Shown here piece by piece: positions 50,663-62,861 of a DNA stretch of 64,000 nt (the first letter of the stretch is position 1; each line of letters begins with the position of its first letter). The notes under the pieces are model-generated. The model worked only from the letters and a program-made list of their open reading frames with translations, made no database searches and was not told the DNA's origin. A program made the translations under genes and the position numbers. The DNA is from Chiloscyllium plagiosum (Eukaryota), in contig NC_057716.1 in NCBI RefSeq assembly GCF_004010195.1, forward strand, positions 11,094,235 through 11,158,234. Direction: 5' to 3'.

Positions 50663-50895
50663 GGAGAAAGTGAGGACTGCAGATGCTGGAGATCAGAGCT
50701 GAAAATGTGTTACTGGAAAAGCGCATCAGGTCAGGCAGCATCCAAGGAGCAGGAGAATTGACGTTTCGGGCATGAGCCCTTCTTCAGGAATCCTGAAGGT
50801 TTCCTGAAGAAAGGCTTATGCCCGAAACGTCGATTCTCCTGCTCCTTGGATGCTGCCTGACCTGCTGCGCTTTTCCAGCAACACATTTTCAGCTC
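50663..50895. mobile_element. fold-back family-1 element inserted into the hammerhead core of another family-1 copy
   Basis: TSD ctcagattc(c/t)tgatg at 50649-63 and 50893-907; host continues aagggcttatgcccgaaacgtc. Confidence 0.8.
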
Positions 50896-50974
50896 AGATT
50901 CTTGATGAAGGGCTTATGCCCGAAACGTCAATTCATTGGATGCTGTCTGACCTGCTGTGCTTTTCCAGCAAATC

Positions 50975-51370
50975 ACAACAGGACTGGGTAACAAATATGG
51001 AAAGATGGAATCAGGCTCCAAACGCGATGTTGAGTCCTGGAGGCTACAGGGTGTCCAAACTAGAAATGAGATATTGTCCGTTGAGCTTGCACTGACGATC
51101 GCTGAAACACTGCAGCAGGCCTGCAATAAATGTATGGCATGGGACAAGTAGTGTTTTGAAGTGGCAGATAACTGAAAGCGCAGGGTGACTTCTGTAGACA
51201 GAGCATATGTGTGCTGCAAAGTGGTCACCCAACCCGCGCTCCGCTTCTCCATGCAGAGGAGACCACACTGTGAACTACCAAGTCAGTGGACTCGAGTGAA
51301 TGAAGTGCATGAGGTAAATCGCAGTTGGACCGAGGTGCATCTGGGGTCTTGGATGGTGAGGAGAGGTTCT
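50975..51370 (-). mobile_element. degenerate Penelope GIY-YIG fragment
   Basis: GEAERGLGDHFAAHICSV...LSVICHF resembles a PLE endonuclease. Confidence 0.55.
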
Positions 51371-51465
51371 TTGCTGAACTCACATTGCCCCAGTTTATTC
51401 CGAGACCATCTCCACTTTTTGCTCGACCTCACCTTTGGTGAAGCGGATTACCAATCTCCTTCCTT

Positions 51466-51640
51466 AAAGTTAAAAATCACACAATACCAGGTTACACTCC
51501 AACAGGACTCCACAACCATCTGATGATGGAGCCAGCTATGAAAGCTAGTGCTTCCAAATAAACCTGTTGGACTATAACCTGGTTTTGTGTGATTTTTTAA
51601 CTTTGTACACCCCAGTCCAACACCGGGATTTCCAATCTCC
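51466..51640. mobile_element. fold-back family-2 PLE-terminus element abutting the CpG island
   Basis: aaagttaaaaatcacacaataccagg paired with cctggttttgtgtgattttttaacttt; ctgatga...gaaagctagtg core. Confidence 0.75.
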
Positions 51641-52080
51641 ATCCGGGCCGACTTTGCTAACTCCCCATTGACAGCGAACCGACCTCCTAAACCTACTGAT
51701 CCCCCCCCAACCTTGATGAGTGACAGAAAAGGCAATCCCAATCCCCTGGAGGAGGAAGGAGGCGGGGCGGAAAGGGAGAGAGCCTGCTCGGCACATCACG
51801 TGAGCAACACCAGCCCCGCCCCCCCCGCCGCCGACCGCCACGTGACCCTGTGGGGGGTGTTTGGGGGAAGGCCGACCAGGAGCATTCGCCCGCAGCCAAT
51901 GGAAACGCAGCGCTGGCGGCCTCGAGACCTCGCCCCCCCATCCAAACACATTGACCAATGAGAACGTACGCCCCCTCCAGCCGCTCGCGCCTGCGCATTG
52001 TAACACCAATCAGCGGCTGTTGTTTTTTTTTCAATCTGGTGTTGGAGGCGCGCGGTGCAGAATTCTAACCGGCGGTGAAG
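51640..52080. promoter_or_regulatory. CpG-island, TATA-less housekeeping-type promoter
   Basis: Abrupt CpG/GC enrichment; GC boxes (51764-70, 51814-22); E-boxes ATCACGTGA (51795-803) and CACGTGAC (51839-46); CCAAT at 51896, 51955 and 52006; NRF1-like CGCGCCTGCGCA (51986-97). Confidence 0.85.
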
Positions 52081-52668
52081 AAGGAGAAATATAAATATAA
52101 ATAGAAATAGAGAGCTAGAAACGGGAGGAGAGGGATAGAGATAAGTAAGGAGAGGAAGAAAGAAAGAAATAAATAGAGATAAACAGAGGTCGTGAGAGAG
52201 AAATAGAAGCGTGATGAGTTAAATAGAGATGAAGAGACAAATGTGAAAGAGGTGGAACAAGGAGAGGAATACAGAAGTGAAGGTATATCATAAGGGGACT
52301 AAAGATAGAAAGGGGTAGTAAGTTGATTGAGGGGAAGGGGTAGACAGCTGGAGAGAGGTATAAAGGACGAGGGAAAATACACTCCCCTTCGTTGCAGGAG
52401 GCAGGGATCAGGGAAGCATAGAGGAAGTAGGTGATATTAAACTGGCAGAAGGTTAGAGAGAAAATTGGTAGAAAGAGAAGAATAGGTACAACAGTGAGTG
52501 GTAGCAGGACAGGGAATGAAGACAGAGAAAGGCGGGTGGTAAAAGAATAGAGAGAGGGACTGAACTGAGAAATAGGGGAAGAGTGGAGGAAAAGCTGCCT
52601 CTGAGCAAGGAGAATATTAGTGTGTATGTGTAAACATTCAATTACAGAACCTTATCTTCAAATTTGGA

Positions 52669-52677
52669 AAGGTAAGT
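52669..52677 (+). other. consensus 5' splice donor, putative non-coding exon of the CpG-island gene
   Basis: AAG|GTAAGT perfect consensus about 600 nt downstream of the island; an upstream ttacag| at 52647 could define a 24-nt micro-exon. Confidence 0.45.
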
Positions 52678-52810
52678 GTTATTTTTCAGGTTACTATTGT
52701 TTAAATTGTAGTGGTAGTAATTTGGTGTGATGGACAGAATTTTCCAATGCAGCGAGATCGGTTAAAAATTGGACCACAGGATTGGATTGGACAGAAAAAG
52801 TCAGTTGTTT

Positions 52811-53013
52811 GGGTGGCTCAGTGGTTAGCACTGCTGCCTCACAGCGCCAGGGACCCGGGATCATTTCCCACCTCAGGCGACTGTCTGTGTGGAGTTTGTA
52901 CATTCTCCCTGTCTCTGTGTGTAAACTCCATACAGTCTTCCAAGAGTGGAATTGAACTCTGGTCCCTGGCACTGAGAGGCAACAGTGCTAACCACTGAGC
53001 CACCATGCTGCCC
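52811..53013. mobile_element. inverted pair of HE1-like SINE tRNA heads
   Basis: ggtggctcagtggttagcactg...gtggagtttg paired with aaactccatacag...cagtgctaaccactgagccacc. Confidence 0.8.
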
Positions 53014-53090
53014 TTTTAAAAATTATTCTGAAATTATTAATCCTTCTACGTACATACCTTTCCTGGCAGTGGGGAGCATTTCAGGAGTAG

Positions 53091-53677
53091 TGTTATAGAC
53101 CAGGCCAGACCCCTTCAAAACATTTCAAGAAGGTGGTCCAGACTGTAACTTTTCTAGTTGTTTTGAGCAGGTGTAGAGTGGAAATTGCAGGGGTGATGCA
53201 GCTGGTTAAAACCCCTCAGTTTTAAATAAAACAATTTATTTACAGAGTACCAAATGAAACACAAACAAAAGAGAACAGAATAACTTAACCTATCTGAAAA
53301 ACCAACAGAGTATCGTAAATTAATGATGTTGTTCCAAATTCCTGCAACAATCTCCATAGACAACTCCTTGTCAAAAAAGGTAAATTCATACACAGAGTAC
53401 TAGGAGAGAGATGGCAGAGAAAGTCAGCATGGAACACATTCCCTGTCACTGTTTCTTTGACCAGCAGGCTCAAAACCTGACTGCTTGCTCAAACCAAACC
53501 TGACAAAAGCTGTGCTGGGAGAACTGGCAACTCCCCTTTCATTGTACGTGTTTGTTTAAAAGCTTAGAAGCTTCTTCAAGTAGATAACCCAAGACATTTC
53601 TGAATCTATGCGCTTATGACCACTCTGGGGGAGAAAAAACAAGGACAACCTAACCTTGTTAAAGAAGCAGCATCATC
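53091..53677. mobile_element. possible solo LTR
   Basis: Discrete block of about 590 bp starting TG and ending CA, with an internal tttattt polyA-signal-like motif; no coding support. Confidence 0.35.
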
Positions 53678-53684
53678 ATAGTGC

Positions 53685-55155
53685 TGATCATAATACCATG
53701 GGTTTTAAGATACTCATGGATAGAGATAACAGCAGTTCTCGGGTGAAAGTGGTAAACAGGGTGAAGGTGAACTACAACAATATTAGGCAGGAACTGGAGA
53801 ATTTTGACAGTGGCCTCTATGGGTAAATCCACAGCGGGCATGGAGGATTATTTTGAACTGCAGTTGTTAAGAGTTTAAGTGGCGTGTTCTTGTCAGAATG
53901 AAGGATCGGTTTGGAAAGTTTCTTGAACCATGGATGACCAGGGTCAAATAAGTCATAAAATGATCTTGATCATAAAGAAAAGGAAGCATATATAAGGTCT
54001 AGGATGCTGGGAATTGACGAAGGCTTTAATATATAAAGAAAGTAGGAAAGAAAATAAACAAGGAATTAGAAGGACTAAAAGGGGTCATGCAAAGTCATTA
54101 GCAAACAGGATGAAGGTGAATGTCAAGCTTTTTATACATATATAGAGTCATAGAGATGTACAGCATGGAAACAGACCCTTTGGTACAACCCGTCCATGCC
54201 GACCAGCTATCTCAACCCAATCTAGTCCCATCTGCCAGCACCCGGCCCATATCCCTCCAAACCCTTCCAATTCATATACCCATCCAAATGCCTCTTAAAT
54301 GTTGCAATTGTATAAAAAGCAAGAGGGTACCTAGGAAAAGATTTAGCCACTCCAGGGCAAAGGAGGGTATCTATGTGGATCCAGAAGAGGTAGGTGAGGT
54401 CCTAAACTAATACTTTGTTAGTATTCACCAAAGAGAAGGAATTAGTGGAGAATGATTTCTAAGCCAAGTCCTATTGAAAAGTTGTTATATGTTTTAAAGT
54501 ATTAAGGTAGTTAAGTTCCTGACTCCTGATGGGATCTATCCCAGAATATTGAGGGAGGCAAGAGAACAAATTGCTGGAGCATTGACAGACATCTTTGTAT
54601 CCTCTTTGCCATAGGTGAGGTCCCAGAGGACTGGAAATTAGCCCATGTCGTCCTATTGTTTAAGAAGGGGTAGCAGGGTTAAATCCAGAAATTATCAACC
54701 TGTGAGCGTCACGTCAGTGGTATGGAAATTATTGGAAAAAGATTCTCTGGGATAAGATCTATATGCATTTAGAAGTAAATGAACTTATTAGCGATAGACA
54801 CATGGTTTTGTGCGGGGGAGGTTGTGCCTCTCCAACTTGATAGAGTTTTTTGAGGTGGTGATGAAGGGTTTGATGTCTGCGTGGACTTCAGTAAAGCCTT
54901 TGACAAAGTTCCTCATGGTTGACTGGTACAAAAGGTGAAGTCCCAGTGTCAGGGGTGAGCTGGCAAAATGGTGCAGAACTGGCTTAGTCCTAGAAGACAG
55001 GATAGCAGTGGACGGACTTTTCTGGAATGGAGGGTTGTAACTAATGGTGTTCCATAGGGACCAGTGCTAGAACCGTTGCTGTTTGTGTTTGACATAAATT
55101 ATTTGGAGGAAAGCGTGGCTGGTCTAATTAAGTTTGCGGACAATACAAAGATTCT
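53685..55155 (+). mobile_element. decayed CR1 ORF2 fragment with a nested inverted CR1 tail (54145-54310)
   Basis: Recognisable DHN, ccagaaattatcaacc, catggttttgtg and aagtttgcgga motifs. Confidence 0.8.
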
Positions 55156-55159
55156 GGAT

Positions 55160-55330
55160 ATAGGTTTGTTGCTGAGTTGGAAGGTTCATTTTCAGACATT
55201 TCCTCACCATACTAAGTAACATCTTCAGTGAGCTTCTGGACAAAGCACTGCTGATGATTCCTGCTTTCTATTTGTATGTTTGGGTTTCTTTGGGTTGGTG
55301 ATGACATTTTCTGTGGTGATGTCATTTTGG
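55160..55330 (-). mobile_element. family-3 Penelope pLTR with degenerate hammerhead motif
   Basis: Minus strand TCA-CTGAAGA-T-GTTAC...GTGAG-GAAA-TG-TC-TGA (55231-55192), homologous to 10334-10377. Confidence 0.65.
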
Positions 55331-55429
55331 GACCTGGGAAAAAGAACAGGAGGGGTCTGGGAGAGTCAGTGTGGACTTGTTGGGCCGAAGGGCCTGTTTC
55401 CACTCTGTAGGGAACCTAATCCAAAAATT

Positions 55430-58400
55430 TTGCACAGCTACTGTCTTTGCTGTTTGAGTTCAAATATCTCTGGACATCGGAGTGCCTCTGGGGAAAACTA
55501 ACAGTGAAATTCACAGCTGATCTTGGAAGAACCTGTGTGGGAGAACTCACAGCATGGGACCAGAGAAGTGCATAGTTTTTAAGTGTAACCCTGCTGTAAA
55601 TCTACAATAGCGAGTAGAGTCGGTTCTTTCTTGATCTGTCTCTTGATTTAAAGTTTAAATGTATAAGCCATAAATACTAAGTTAGCCTGGAGCAGTTTTT
55701 TTTAGAACAAAAAGATAGTTTTTTAGAATAATTAGAACAATATCTTCTGAGTCTGTAGATTGTGAATGAACAAAGATGGCCTTTAATAGAGTGATGTGCT
55801 CTTTTTTTGTTGGATGTGGGAGTTTAGGGAGAATTTCCATGTTACTGATGATTATGTCTGCAAGAACTGTCTTTTGTTGTGAATCCTATCAGATCGCATG
55901 GATCGGTTGGAACAACAGTTAGAGGCAATGAGGAATTTACACGAGCTAGGGGGTCTAATGGATGTTATTTATAGGAAGGGAGACAAGCTGCGGATACAGT
56001 CAGGTTAGATGGGTTAACTTTAAGAAAGGTAGGAGAGGGAGGCAAGTAGTGCAGGAATTGTCTGTGGCCTTGTGGCTTTCCCCATCTCAACAAAGTATGC
56101 TGTTTTGGAAAATGTAGGGGGTGATGGACTCTCAGACGAATATAGCATGAACAGTCAAGTTTCTGGTACTGAGAATGGCTCTAATATAGTCAGGTTCCAG
56201 ATGATCGATTGTGGTAGGGGACTCTCTAGTCAGAGACACAGATGTCTCTGTGGCCAGCAGCTAGAAATCCAAAATGATGTGTTGCCTTCCTGGTGCCAGG
56301 ATCAAGGATGTCTCCGAGAGGGTGCTGAATGTTCTCATGGGAGAGCAGAAGGTCATTGTACACATTGGAACTAACGACATAGGAATGGAAAAGGGTGAGA
56401 TTTTGAGGGGACAATATAGAAAGGCAGGAATTTAAAAAGGCTCTCAAGGGTAGTAATATCTGGATTACTCCTGGTGCTACGAGCTAGTGAGAGTAGGAAT
56501 AGGAGGATAGAGCAGATGAATGTATGGCTGAGGAGCTGGTGTACGGGAGAAGGATTCATATTTTTGGATCATTGGAATCTCTTCTGGGTTGGAACTGACT
56601 AGAAGGATGGATTGCACCTGAATTAGAAGGGGACTAATATATTGGCAGGGAGACTTGCTAGAGCTGCTTGGGAGAATTTAAACTATTAAGGTGTGGGGGT
56701 GGGACCCAGAGAGAGATGGAGGAAAGAGATCAATCTGAGACTGGTATAGTTGGGAAAAGGAGCAAGTCAAACGATCAAGGCAGGCAAGAACGAAGCAGAG
56801 AACAAGCTCGGTAAATTAAACTGCATTTATTTCAATGCAAGAGGCCTAACAGGGAAGGCAGATGAATTCAGGGCAGGGTTAGGAACATGGCAAATTACAG
56901 AGATGTGGCTCAGGGATGGACAGGACTGGCAGCTTAATATTCCAGGATACAAATGCTGTGGAAGGAGAGGAGGGGGAGTAGCCTTTTTGGTAAGGAATAG
57001 AATTATTGCTGTACTTAGGGAATATATTCAGGGAAGTTATTTGGGTGGAACTGAGAAATAAGAAAGGGATGATGATCACCTTGTTGGGATTGTATTACAG
57101 AACCCCCCCCCCCCATAGTCAACGGGAAATTGAGAAACAAATAATAATAGGCTGGTTATGGTAGGGGATTTTAATTTTCCAAGCATGGACTGGGACTGCC
57201 ATAGTGTTCAGGGTTTAGATGAAGAGGTTTTTAAGTGTGTACAAGAAAACCTTTTGGTTCAGTATGTGGAGGTACCTGCTAGAGAAGATACAAAACTTGA
57301 CCTACTCTTGGGGAAATAAGGCAGGGCTGGTGACTGAGGTATCAGCGGGGGAGCACTTTGGGGCCAGCGACCATAATTCTATTAGTTTTAAAATAGTGAA
57401 GGAAAAGGATAGACTGATCTAAAAGATGATGTTCTAAATTGGAGAAAGGCCAATTTTGAAGGTATTAGGCAAGAACTTTCAAAAGTAATTGGGGGCAGAT
57501 ATTTGTAGGTAAAGTGACGGCTAGAAAATGGGAAGCCTTCAAAAATGAAATAACGGGAGTCCATAGAAGGTATAATTCCTGTTAGGGTGAAAGGTAAGTT
57601 TGGTAGGTGCAGGGAAAGCTTGATGACTAGAGAAATCGAGCTGTTGATTTAGAAAAAAACGGAACCCTACCTCGGGTCGAGATCGAGTGAATCATTAGAG
57701 TATAAAGGCAGTAGGGGTATGCTTAAGAAGGAAATCAGGAAGGCAAAAAGGGGACATGAGATAGCTTTAGCAAATAGGATTAAGGAGAATCCAGAGGGAT
57801 TCTATAAATATATTAAGGACAAAAGGGTAACTAAGGAGAGAATAGGGCCCCTCATAGATCAGCAGGGCAGCCTATGTGTGGAACTGCAGAGATGGAGATA
57901 CTAAACAAGTATTTTGCATCAGTGTTTACTGTACACGAAGGACATGGAAGATATAGAATGTGGGGAAATAGATGGTGACATCTTGGAAGATGTCCATATA
58001 CAGAGGAGGTGGTGCTGGATGTCTTAAAACCCATAAGGGTGGATAAAACTCCAGGACCTGATCAGATGTACTCCAGAACTCTGTGGGAAGCTGGGGAACT
58101 GATTGCTGGGCTCTTTGCTGAGATATTTGTTTCATTGATAGTCACAGATGAGGTGCCAGAAGACTGGAGGTTGGCTAATGTGGTGTCACTATTTAAGAAA
58201 GGCGATAAGGAAAAGCCAAAGTTAAAAATTGCACAATATCAGGTTATAGTCCAACAAGTTTAATTGGCAGCACCAGCTTTTAGAGTGCTGCTCCTTCATC
58301 AGGTGGTAGTGGACAATTAAACCTGTTGGACTATAACCTGGTGTTGTATGATTTTTAACTTTGTACACCCCAGTCCAACACCGGCATTTCCAAATTAGGA

Positions 58401-59725
58401 AGAGCCAAGGAACTATAGACCACTGAGTCTGATATTGGTGGTGGGCAAGTTGTTGGAAGGAATCCTGAGGGACAGGATTTACATGTATTTGGAAAGGCAA
58501 GGACTGACTAGGGATAGTCAACATGGGAAATCATGCCTCACGAACTTGATTGAGTTTTTTTTTGAAGAAGTAACAAAGAGGATTGAGGGCTGACCAGTGG
58601 ATGTGATCTGTATGGACTTCAGTGAGGCGTTTGACATCGTTCCTCACGGTAGACTGGTCAACAAGATTAGGTCTCATGGGGTACAGTGAGAAGTAGTCAT
58701 TTGGATGCAGAACTGGCTTGAAGGTAGAAGATAGAGGGTGATGGTGGAGGGTTGCCTTTCAGACTGGAGGCCTGTGACCGGTGGTGTGCCACAAGCAACG
58801 GTGCTGGGTCCACTGCTTCGTCATTTATATAAATGATTTGATGTGGACATAGGAGACATAGTTGGTTTGTTTACGGGTGACACCAAAATTGGAGGTGTAG
58901 TGGACAACAAGGAAGGTTACCTCCGAGTACAACAGGATCTTGATCAGATGGGTCAATGGGCCCAGGAGTGGCAGATGTAATTTAATTTAGATAAATGAGG
59001 TGCTGCAATTTGGAAGTCAAATCCGGGCAGGACTTAATATAAAGGTCCTGGGGAGTATTGCTAAATAACGTGATCTTGGAGTGCAAGTTCATAGTTCCTT
59101 GAAAGTGGAGTCTCAGGTAGATAGGATAGTGAAGAGTGCGTTTAGTATGCTTTCCTTTATTGTACAGAACATTGAGTATAGGATGTGGGAGATCGTGTTG
59201 CAGCTATACAGGACATTGGTTAGGCCACTTTTGGAATATTGTTTGCAATTCTGGTCTCCTTCCTATCTGAAAGATTTACACAATTGTTGCTAGGGTTGGA
59301 GGATTTGAGCCACAGGAAGAGACTGAATAGGCTAGAGGTGTTTTTCCCGGAGCATCAGAGGCTGAGGGGTGACTTAATTGAGGTTAATAAGATCCTGAGT
59401 GACATGGATAGGATTAATGGACAATGTCTTTTCCCTGAGGTGGGGGAGTTCAGAACTAGAGGGCATAGGTTTAGGGGGAGAGGGGAAAGATTTAAAACGG
59501 ACCTAAGGAGCAACTTTTTCATGCAGAGGATGGTGCGTGTATAGAATGAGCTGCGAGGTGGACGCTGGTATAATTACAACATTTAAGGCATCTGGATAGA
59601 TTTCTGACTAGGAAGAGTTTAGAGGGATATGGGCCAATTCTGTCAAATGCGAGCAGGCTAAGTTAGGATATTTGGTTGGCATGAACAAGTTGGACTGAAG
59701 GGTCTGTTTCCATGCTGTACATCTC
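55430..59725 (+). mobile_element. essentially full-length decayed CR1 (HER1-like) LINE, same family as 36935-40722
   Basis: 5' UTR, ORF1 Cys motif (VTDDYVCKNC), esterase, LNCIYFNARGL endonuclease start, RT and 3' tail; interrupted at 58218-58395. Confidence 0.9.
58218..58395. mobile_element. fold-back family-2 PLE-terminus element inside CR1
   Basis: Inverted arms; minus-strand cctgatgaaggagcagcactc core; imperfect TSD aggaaaagccaa/aggaagagccaa. Confidence 0.75.
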
Positions 59726-60259
59726 TTGTGTTGTATATTTAAGTGTATGAACAAGTAGAATTGTCATTTCTCTATTTGTATTAGGTGAACAAATATATTT
59801 CTTTGTATCGTTTAATTGAATACTTCATATTGAGAGTGCAGGATCACATACCATTAATGTAGTGTCTCCTTTTTTAAGGAATGCAACGTTGCAGCGTTTA
59901 AATTATGGAAAGTGAAGTAATGAATGCAACCGTATCCACCAGCTATTTGGTGTTTTCTGGTAAAATGAAGGAACAACGGAATAGTATTTTGAAAAAGACA
60001 AAATACAATGCATCTTTGATTTCTAAGATTAAGACCAAAATTCTCAGTAAGTATTCTATACTCTTCTCCTTGACTTCTCATCCTATAGTGCTCGTGCACT
60101 AATCTGTTTATTGATATTTAAGTGGCTAATCTAATTGATTTTCTGTCATTCGCAATGCTAGCAGAATGTTGATGGTAAAGGATTAATTGGTGATGACCTT
60201 GAAGGCTGTGGAGAAGTCGGGAGACTGCTGTTGAAGGTGGTCATCAGAAGTGTTATGAT

Positions 60260-61250
60260 GGACAAGCAGCCATTTGGCCTATCATGGGTCCAGCATCTGA
60301 GTAACTCATTAAATATCATACTCCTGTCTTGTCCCCATAACCCTTCCTTTTTCAGTTAACTGTCTAGTTTTCTCTTGAATATGTCAATTCACCCTGCCTC
60401 CAGCACATTGAGGCCGTGCATTCCATATGTGAAAGCATATCTTTTTCTCATTACTTTTTCATGTGAATTTCTTTAAAGCTGTTCACCCTCCTCAATCTTC
60501 TCATGATTTAGAACAGTTTCTCCCAATCTCCTCTGTTCAGATTTTTGAATGCCTCCATCAGGTTTTCTTTCAGCCTTATTTTCTTCAAGAAAAACATTCC
60601 TAACTTTTCCACTCTATCTTTATAACTGCTTATCTTCATCCCTGGTATTATGCTTGTGAATCTCTTCTGTACTTTGTTCAACATAGCTTCCTTTCGGTTG
60701 TACTCTGTTAATAAAACCTAGGGCATTGTATGCTTTATTAACTATGCTGTCAACACATCATGCTGCCTTTGTTGATCTTCATCTCCACCTCATTAAAATT
60801 GCCCTTTTTTGTTTTGAAAGCATTGACTCTTTTGATTCCTTCCTACCAAAATAAATTACTTCACATTACCTGACATTAAACTACAAAGACCACCTGTCAA
60901 ATGATTCTAAATCCTTTTGAGGTTCTAGACTATCCTCCCCATAGTTCATAATGCTTCCAAGTTTCATATTGTCTGCAAATTTTGAAATTGTTTTAGGATT
61001 TCGTAGTCTAGATCATTTAATGTATATTTGGAAAGGTAAGGGTTCCAACAATGAGACCCAAGGACTGCACAATAAATGTTCCTCCAGGCTTGAAAACATT
61101 CATTTTCATCTGCTTCCTGGCACTTAGCCAAATTTATATCAGTGTTGTTGCTGTCCCTTTTTATTCTATAAACTATGGCTTTGTTCACAAACCATTTGTG
61201 TGGCACTTTAGTAAACACGTTTTTAGAAGTTCATGTATATAACATCAAAT
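60260..61250 (-). mobile_element. old CR1 fragment
   Basis: Minus strand FTKVPHKWFVNK and aatttgcagac (KFAD) remnants. Confidence 0.55.
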
Positions 61251-61727
61251 GCTGTCTCCAAAATGTGCCTGGTGTTAACTGTTACTTACAGTAAACATCC
61301 TGATTTCTGATCTTAATCATGAAGTGATGAAGTAATTGGAAATGGTTGATTTTAAGATGTACATCTTGAAAAATACAATGTTCTGAACTGAGATTAATTT
61401 CTTCCAATTGCAATCACCATTAGTACTACAGTACGAGGACAGACTCCAATCACTGCAAGTTTTCCCAATTAGCACTATATTGTGAGCAATTCTAGAAACC
61501 ACACTTAAGTACATCAAAGCTTTTGAAAGAGTGCAGAGCAGATTTAATAGAATATCAGTAATGATAATTGTCTGTCATCTGGACATTCTAGAGAAGAGGA
61601 GGAAATCTGATAATATTCAAAATCATGAATTTTATCATGATATTTCTCCTTGCTTCACTTCTACTTCCTGTGGTAGAAGGGTCAATCGCTAGGTTTTTTG
61701 AGGGTTTGGTGTACATTCAATTAACTG

Positions 61728-62590
61728 AAGGGATGCATGTGTATAGTTCCTTAAGTGGAATTGCAGGTACACAGTGAGGTAAAGGTGGCATGTGGCACAC
61801 TTTCCTTCATTGGTCAATGCATTGAGCATAGGATATGGGTGTCACGTTATGGCTGTACAGGATATTGGTTAGGTCACTATTGGAATACTGCACTCAATTC
61901 TGGTCTCCTATAGCAAGGATGATATTAAACTTGAGAGTGTACAGAAAAGATTTACAATGTTGTCTGGACTGGAGACATTAACCTGTAGGGAAGAGTTGAA
62001 TTCATTGGGGCCTTTTTCCGTGGAGTGTCGGAGACTGAGGGATTTCCTTTTTAGAAGTTTATAAAATCGTGAGGGGCATGGATAGGGTGAATACCCTAGG
62101 TCTTGTCCTGTATGAGGGAGTCTAAAGCTAGGGGACATAGATTTAACGTGAGCGAGGACGAATTTGAAAAGGACCCAAAGATCATGCAGATGGTAATACG
62201 TATATGGAACTAGTTGCCAGAGGAAATGGCAATTACAACATTTAGCAGGAATCTGGATGGGTATATGAATAAGAAGGGTTTAGAGGAACAAATGCTGGCA
62301 AATGGGCCTAGTTAGAGACAAAAAAAAACTGCAGATGCTGGAATTCAAATTGGACAGGCAGGAAACTGGAGGAGCACAGTAAGCCAGGCAACATCAGAAG
62401 GTGGAGAAGTCGATGTTTCGAGTATAACCCTTCTGGATTCTTGATGCTGCCTAGCTTGCTGTGTTCCTTCAGCCTCCGCTTGTCTCTACTATGGCAAATG
62501 GTAGTAGGTCAGTTTGAGATGTCTGATTGGAGTGGATGAGTTGGACCGAAGAGACCGTTTCTGTTCTGAATGACTCTGACTCTGACTCTA
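61728..62590 (+). mobile_element. CR1 3' fragment with a nested fold-back element (about 62325-62490)
   Basis: ttggaatactgcactcaattctggtc motif; (TGACTC)n tail. Confidence 0.75.
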
Positions 62591-62861
62591 ACTGATACAA
62601 TGATATCATGGGCAGTTGCTGTGTTCACATCTCAAGAATTTAACGTTTTTGCCCAGTAGATTAAGCATTAGTGAATGGGTTACTGGTGATATGGAATTGA
62701 TAGCACAAATGGTATTCCTTCCCACAATTTCCAGCTGATTGACAAAGGACTGACAGGGTGGGAATTCACTCTTAGATTTATCGTTTGGGAATAAGACATG
62801 CCTGGGTCCCCACATTCGTGTGTATGGATATCAATGCAACTGTATTGCATCAGCTTGGCTA

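Noticed and set aside
51572-52094. Several overlapping ORFs in the CpG island
   Set aside because: Expected from high GC content; no recognisable protein.
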